Shown here piece after piece: positions 14,553 through 19,290 of a stretch of DNA of 19,290 bases. Position numbers and translations under genes: made by a program. The notes beneath the pieces are model-generated. The model saw nothing but the letters and a program-made list of their open reading frames with translations. It was not told where the DNA came from and made no database searches. Numbering within the stretch: the first letter of the stretch is position 1; every line of letters begins with the position of its first letter. Origin of the DNA: an uncultured archaeon (GTDB lineage Archaea > Altiarchaeota > Altiarchaeia > IMC4 > SCGC-AAA252-I15); assembly GCA_964587725.1 (NCBI GenBank), contig CAZPLO010000023.1, positions 1-19,290 on the forward strand, in the 5' to 3' direction.

Positions 14553-15203
14553 TCAGAGGCCGCACTGGCGGAGGTCGACTTCATGGCCTCCGGCGGCCGC
14601 GTTCGCCTTTGTGGCGGCTGGGCTGTTGATGAACTCCTCCTCCGAACTGAACTTTTTGCGTAAGTCATCCATCAGGGGGCTGTGGCGCAGATGATACTTC
14701 TGGTGGTAGTCTTCCGCCTGCGTGAACTCGTTCACAGGCAGTATTTGGGTGTTGGCTCCCTCCAGTTTTGACGCCTCCGCCTTCCGGCGTTGCTCCCCGT
14801 CTGCGTAGAATACTGCGTTCATGTACTGTCTACTATGGGGTTTGCTTGCGGGGTCGTGGGCGCTCCAAAACACCTCCAGCAGCTTCTCATAGGTTGTCTC
14901 CTTCGGGTCGTATGTGACCTCCACCGTCTCCGTGTGGCCGCCCAAGCTATGGTAGGCGGGGTTTTCTTTGGTGCCGCCGGCGTAGCCGACCCTCGTCAAC
15001 ACGACCCCTTCTACGCCCCCGAACAGGCTCTCCACACCCCAGAAACACCCCAGCCCGAAATAGGCTTTCTCCAGCCCCTCAATTCCCACTTTATCCATCT
15101 CCGGAGGCCCTTCCTCGCCCGTGAACTCTACACCACCGCCCCAGAACAGGTAGTATGCAACTACCAGCAACAACACCGCGGCAGCGAGGTATAAGATCTC
15201 CAT
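14553..15203 (-). CDS. msrA: peptide-methionine (S)-S-oxide reductase with N-terminal TM anchor
   Basis: GCFWG, TRVGYAGG, GHTETV, AEDYHQKY; hydrophobic N-terminus. CTTATATA box at 15233-15226 favours ATG 15203 over 15209. Confidence 0.93.
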   Translation of the reverse strand: MEILYLAAAVLLLVVAYYLFWGGGVEFTGEEGPPEMDKVGIEGLEKAYFGLGCFWGVESLFGGVEGVVLTRVGYAGGTKENPAYHSLGGHTETVEVTYDPKETTYEKLLEVFWSAHDPASKPHSRQYMNAVFYADGEQRRKAEASKLEGANTQILPVNEFTQAEDYHQKYHLRHSPLMDDLRKKFSSEEEFINSPAATKANAAAGGHEVDLRQCGL

Positions 15204-15252
15204 GGTCATCTTAGATGAGGGAGACTATATAAGTTGGAGGGTAACCGGGTGG

Positions 15253-16308
15253 TTACTCCGGCTGCGGCCTGGAACCCAGCGTCAACACGGCCTCATACTC
15301 GATGCCGCCTCTGACGTATGTTACGTCGACTGTGTCGCCTGGGTGGTGGCGGTCGAGCTGGTTCATGAACTCGTTGAAGGTTCTCAGCCGGGCGCCTCCC
15401 ATCTCGGTTATTATGTCTCCGTCGTCCTCGCCACCCCTTAACCCAGCCTCGTATGCGGGGCTGCCGTTGACCACCTCCACCAACTGCATCCCCTCCGACG
15501 TGGACAGATTAAGCCGGACCGCTATACGCTTGGTCAAAGGCTGCACTATCACACCCATCCACGGGTGCGTGTAGCCGCCTTCCTCTATGAGGTAGGGTGT
15601 TACCCTGGCGACGGTGTTCGACGGTATAGCAAACCCCACGTTGTCACCTTCCTTGGCGACGGTTACGCCAACCAAAAGACCGTCCAATGTGACTAGCGGG
15701 CCGCCGCTGTTGCCTGGGTTCACCGGCGCATCCATCTGCAGGATATCCGGTATCAGGTAGTCCTGTGAGCGGAGCATCCGGCCCCTCGCGCTGATTATGC
15801 CTGAGGTGATGCTACCGTGGAGTCCGAACGGGTTTCCGATGGCAGCCACCGGAGTCCCAGGCTCTATGAGAGAGCTGTTGGCGAATGCTATGGGCTGCAC
15901 GACCACCGGCCGCTCCAGCCGCAGTACGGCCAGGTCCGTGTACACGTCGGCTCCAACCACCTCGGCCATCAGCCGGGTGCCGTCGTACAGTCTGACCTCC
16001 ACGGACTCCGACGGGTCTATGACGTGCTGGTTGGTTATCACGTACTCTCCGTCTATGAAGAAGCCGCTGCCCTGATGATACTGGCGGTCGCCGTCGTATG
16101 ATGAGATAACCGACACAACAGACGGAACGAGCGCCTTGTACAGGTCTGTGAGGTCTCCCGTGTAGTTGGCCTGCGCGCTCACGTACACCAACTCCACGTC
16201 CGCCGATCCTTTGTCGGTCAGAGACAGTATCCCCAGCGTCGCCAGCGTCACCAACGCGGACATCAGCAGCACCAACACAACAGCCTGCACTGCCTTCCAG
16301 TACCTCAT
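15253..16308 (-). CDS. htrA: membrane-anchored HtrA/DegP-like serine protease with one PDZ domain
   Basis: Catalytic triad in TNQHV, DLAVL and NPGNSGGPL; AIGNPFG; C-terminal PDZ (WMGV...GSPA..AGL..GDII). Confidence 0.92.
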   Translation of the reverse strand: MRYWKAVQAVVLVLLMSALVTLATLGILSLTDKGSADVELVYVSAQANYTGDLTDLYKALVPSVVSVISSYDGDRQYHQGSGFFIDGEYVITNQHVIDPSESVEVRLYDGTRLMAEVVGADVYTDLAVLRLERPVVVQPIAFANSSLIEPGTPVAAIGNPFGLHGSITSGIISARGRMLRSQDYLIPDILQMDAPVNPGNSGGPLVTLDGLLVGVTVAKEGDNVGFAIPSNTVARVTPYLIEEGGYTHPWMGVIVQPLTKRIAVRLNLSTSEGMQLVEVVNGSPAYEAGLRGGEDDGDIITEMGGARLRTFNEFMNQLDRHHPGDTVDVTYVRGGIEYEAVLTLGSRPQPE

Positions 16309-16437
16309 GAAACCACATACGACAGCAGCTTATAAAAGGCCATGGAAGCCCTGGCGGCCCCCATATACGGTCAACCGTCGACGTGTAATATCCTGAGCGG
16401 ATTTATCTGCCGAATAAGGAGTTTGAGTATCTACCCA

Positions 16438-17259
16438 CTATATCCCGTAGTCGTCTATTACTTCGATGTCTCCGCCGGAGCCGGCGAGCTCCAGCACGCG
16501 TTCAAGCGACACTACGTTGGGGTCGTAGATGACATAGTTTATTTCCTGCCGGTACATGAGGCTCCTGGATTTCACGCCCGGCTCGTTGATTACGAGGTTG
16601 TTGGTTGCGGGTACGCAGCTGGTGCACAGCCAGCTTATTTTCATGTCCACCCGCCGGTACCCCTGACCCATGAAACGCTCCAGATACGGGTTCACCGCCA
16701 GCGTGGTCGTGGTCGACGACGGAGGAACGTATTCCTCCCCCAAGGTGGTGGTGTCGACGAGTATGTCTAGGTTGCGGCAGTCCTCCAGGTCCTCTATGGG
16801 CTGGGTTCGGCCGCAACGTACGTCGAGGCCGTACACGCCTTCCACGGGGCTGCCCGGCGGCACCAACCCCCCACCCCGATACGCCACCCGGTAGGGGTCC
16901 TGCATTTCGACGTCGTCGCAGACTATCTTGAAACCGGGGGGGTCCGTCCACACCCCCGTGACCCTGCCGGTGGTGTTGACGAGCAGCTCCTGTATCTTCC
17001 CCACCCTGGCGGTGCCGCATCTGCCCAGGTGGCTGTAGCCTACTTCAACGTAGCGGGGCAACGTTGTTGTAGTGGTCGGGGTGGTCGTAACCCCCTGTAG
17101 GGTGGTGGATGTGGATGTCGTCGACGTAGTGGACGTTGAAGTCGACGTCGTGGAAGTGGTCGTAGCATAGGTTATCTGCGTCTGCGGCGGGAAGAAGGTT
17201 ATCGCCACCGCGACCACCGCCACCGCGGCTATGAAGAATACTATGAACAGTCGGTCCAT
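16438..17259 (-). CDS. membrane-anchored protein with Thr stalk and C-terminal HMA-like (CxxC) domain
   Basis: N-terminal TM; two Thr tracts; KISWLCTSCV...PGVKS...YVIYDPNVVS pattern of HMA ferredoxin-like folds; TTTTTATG box at 17290-17283. Confidence 0.75.
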   Translation of the reverse strand: MDRLFIVFFIAAVAVVAVAITFFPPQTQITYATTTSTTSTSTSTTSTTSTSTTLQGVTTTPTTTTTLPRYVEVGYSHLGRCGTARVGKIQELLVNTTGRVTGVWTDPPGFKIVCDDVEMQDPYRVAYRGGGLVPPGSPVEGVYGLDVRCGRTQPIEDLEDCRNLDILVDTTTLGEEYVPPSSTTTTLAVNPYLERFMGQGYRRVDMKISWLCTSCVPATNNLVINEPGVKSRSLMYRQEINYVIYDPNVVSLERVLELAGSGGDIEVIDDYGI

Positions 17260-17414
17260 CAACCCAGACTATGGAGATAATGCATAAAAAACACCCAGTA
17301 TCCGATTGGGTACTGCCTTGAAGGGATTTTTAAACACGTTTCCCCTAAGATATTGGGTATCTTGTTCTTCATTCGGAGTTCATGCTTACATATACAGAGG
17401 AGGTGATTTAGACT

Positions 17415-17552
17415 ATGTCGGACAAATTCGGACGTGAAATGCACGACGCCGTCTGCAGCGAATGCGGACAAGCGTGCCAGGTGCCGTTCAAGCCCACAGA
17501 AGGCAAGCCAGTCTACTGCAAAGACTGCTTCATGAAACGCAGAGGCAGGTAA
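17415..17552 (+). CDS. CxxC-x17-CxxC zinc-ribbon protein (45 aa)
   Basis: Hand translation MSDKFGREMHDAVCSECGQACQVPFKPTEGKPVYCKDCFMKRRGR*; strong SD GGAGGTGA; TTTTTAAA box at 17327-17334. Below the ORF-track size cutoff. Confidence 0.92.
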   Translation: MSDKFGREMHDAVCSECGQACQVPFKPTEGKPVYCKDCFMKRRGR

Positions 17553-17663
17553 AAAACCTCCTATCTGAAAGAACATTCTCTTCCTTGTTTTTCCACAACC
17601 CACAGCATACACCATAAAATCATGAAAAAACCTTCAAATACTAGGATAAATCATTAATATGTT

Positions 17664-17891
17664 AGAATTTTGGCTCTTCTTGTGTTTTAGGGGGTGTTGA
17701 AGGTGGCTGATTATGCATAATCTGGCTTTTAGGGAGGCAGTAGCCCTAAAATCCATTATCTGTGTTTCATGTTTTTTCGGGGCCCGCATACAATGCAGGA
17801 CTGTTTCACACCGTCAGGATACCCGCCTTTTGATAATCCCATCAGGAGGGTGGAATATTCCCCCTAAAATTCAGGAAGAACCAGAATTTTT
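17664..17891 (+). ncRNA. candidate ~228-nt multi-branch structured ncRNA of unknown family
   Basis: ~30-bp interrupted terminal helix joining both ends, inner helix, three hairpins, possible pseudoknot, G-U pairs mostly on the + strand; TTCAAATA box at 17633-17640; 3' U-tract. Confidence 0.6.
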
Positions 17892-18348
17892 AGTTTATCT
17901 GCCACACCGCCGCATTCAACAGTGCAGCGTAGGTGACCCACAGGAGGTAGGGCGTGAGGAGATACATTGTCTGCGGTGAAATCTTCCTGAACTCCAGACT
18001 AGTCCAGACTATGGTGACCCACAGAGGCATTATCACCAGAAGCCCCGCTGCAGGAGAGCGGAGACCGAAGAACGCAATACTCCACACGGTGTTGAGGATG
18101 AGCTGCGATGCGAACGCGAGATAGGCTTTTCGTTTCTGCCCGGGAGTCTGCCAGACAACATATAATGCGACGCCCATCAGCGCATACAAGGTCGTCCACA
18201 CCGGCCCGAACACCCAGCTGGGGGGCGTGAAAAACGGCTTGTTGAGTGTGACATACCATGTCGACACCGAAGACACGGTGAACACCGAACCTATTATCCC
18301 CGCTGACTCGCACAGCAGTATCGACGCCAGCAGACGGAGGGGCTTCAT
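17890..18348 (-). CDS. tspO: TspO/MBR tryptophan-rich sensory protein
   Basis: WYVTLNKPFFTPPSWVFGPVWTTLY, QLILNTVWSIAFFG, LLTPYLLWVTYAALLN. Confidence 0.95.
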   Translation of the reverse strand: MKPLRLLASILLCESAGIIGSVFTVSSVSTWYVTLNKPFFTPPSWVFGPVWTTLYALMGVALYVVWQTPGQKRKAYLAFASQLILNTVWSIAFFGLRSPAAGLLVIMPLWVTIVWTSLEFRKISPQTMYLLTPYLLWVTYAALLNAAVWQIN

Positions 18349-19259
18349 TTCCTTATCATCTCCTGGAATTCACGCTTTATTCTGCTCATCTCCTGAGGGT
18401 CGTCCATGGATTTCACAGCTTCTGTGGGAAAGGGTTCAGCGATTCCCTGGTCGATGAGGTATTGGTTGCCTTCAGTGACAGGGCGGTGGTACAGGTTTTC
18501 GAACATGCTCCAGTCTACGGCGTAGACTTTCTTTCCCATGAGCCGGGCCTTCTGAGCACCCTCCACGCTGGCCGAGCCCTTCCCTCCCTCGGGTTTCCTG
18601 CACTCCACCACCACGAACGCGTCCGACAGCGCGCCGATAATCCTGTCCCGTTTCTCCAGAAACCCCTTCCTCTCCTCTAATGAGTGGTTGTGTTCCTGCG
18701 TTTCGGAGAGCACGCCTCCACTGCGGAGAATTCCGTCTTCCAGGTATTTTCTCCGGGGTATGAACGGGTGTAGTCCGTCTTCCGGGTTTGAAGCGATCAC
18801 CGCAACCGTCGCGCCACCGGCATTCAACGCCCCGTAGTGGGCGCTCTGGTCTATGCCGTAAACGCCGCCGCTCACCACGAGAGAACCTGATTCCGCCGCC
18901 GCGGCTGCCAAAAACTCGGCCAGCCTCACTGAGGAGCTGGAGGGCGTAGCCGTACCCACAAAAGCCACGGATGATTGGGCGTTCAAGACAGCGGAGTCGC
19001 TGCCCCTGAAAAAAACCGTTTCTGGAGGTTCCACATCCTCCCGTTCGTACTTGAATTCTTCGCCGGTGAACTTGGACACGCCCGCCCTCAATTCCGGAGG
19101 CTGATCTGAAATAGGGTTAGAGTCAAGATAACCTTGAACCTGTTTAAACCGGCCCACCCTGTCGGCAGGCACAGTCATTACGGCGGGAAGGTTAAGCGGC
19201 TCCGACAACCGCCTGAAATCTTCGTTTTGACGGCGCGGACGCTCGCCAACACCAGCCAT
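18345..19259 (-). CDS. dprA: DprA/Smf-like (SLOG superfamily) Rossmann-fold protein, divergent
   Basis: VAFVGT, VVSGGVYGIDQSAHYGAL...TVAV, LSE, RDRIIGALSDAFVVVE, GKKVYAV; stop overlaps the tspO start (ATGA). Confidence 0.8.
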   Translation of the reverse strand: MAGVGERPRRQNEDFRRLSEPLNLPAVMTVPADRVGRFKQVQGYLDSNPISDQPPELRAGVSKFTGEEFKYEREDVEPPETVFFRGSDSAVLNAQSSVAFVGTATPSSSSVRLAEFLAAAAAESGSLVVSGGVYGIDQSAHYGALNAGGATVAVIASNPEDGLHPFIPRRKYLEDGILRSGGVLSETQEHNHSLEERKGFLEKRDRIIGALSDAFVVVECRKPEGGKGSASVEGAQKARLMGKKVYAVDWSMFENLYHRPVTEGNQYLIDQGIAEPFPTEAVKSMDDPQEMSRIKREFQEMIRK

Positions 19260-19290
19260 AATAGAATAAGAGAATGCAGCGAATAATAAA

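Noticed and set aside
14553-15203. Possible selenocysteine in MsrA or the thioredoxins
   Set aside because: Active-site codons are ordinary Cys; no in-frame TGA.
17259-17615. 118-aa - strand ORF
   Set aside because: Antisense shadow of the real CxxC-x17-CxxC gene and its promoter.
17800-17865. RNase P-like strings on the - strand (GGAAUAUUCCACCC, CAAAAGGCGGGUA, GUGAAAC)
   Set aside because: Conserved regions are out of order and too close together, and the G-U bias favours the + strand.
17713-17979. 88-aa + strand ORF
   Set aside because: No recognisable features, runs antisense into tspO, and the region is better explained by RNA pairing; not formally excluded.

Overview
Archaeal chromosomal window. 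The archaeal assignment rests on a TFB, a DGGGP-synthase-like UbiA enzyme, an intron-containing tRNA-Thr(GGU), and TATA boxes about 23-30 nt upstream of many start codons. The Cys-rich, Thr-linker surface proteins suggest a DPANN/Altiarchaeota-like lineage (inference). Left to right: an AT-rich partial ORF; tRNA-Thr flanked on both sides by structured non-coding segments; DGGGPS; a GNAT; two small proteins; a ferritin-like protein; a DUF5752-treT trehalose pair; a block of five secreted or lipoprotein genes, including an 813-aa repeat protein with a C-terminal transglutaminase-like domain; a thioredoxin-ccdA-dipZ-like operon; a divergent TFB; a small wHTH protein; membrane-anchored MsrA; HtrA; a stalked HMA-domain protein; a 45-aa CxxC-x17-CxxC protein missing from the ORF track; TspO; and a divergent DprA-like protein. 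The strongest unexplained signals are non-coding: a ~228-nt multi-helix RNA candidate at 17664-17891 (G-U pairs biased to the + strand, own TATA-like box and U-tract), a ~90-nt structured element after tfb, and the structured leader and trailer of the tRNA. All folds were paired by hand; no folding or database searches were run.
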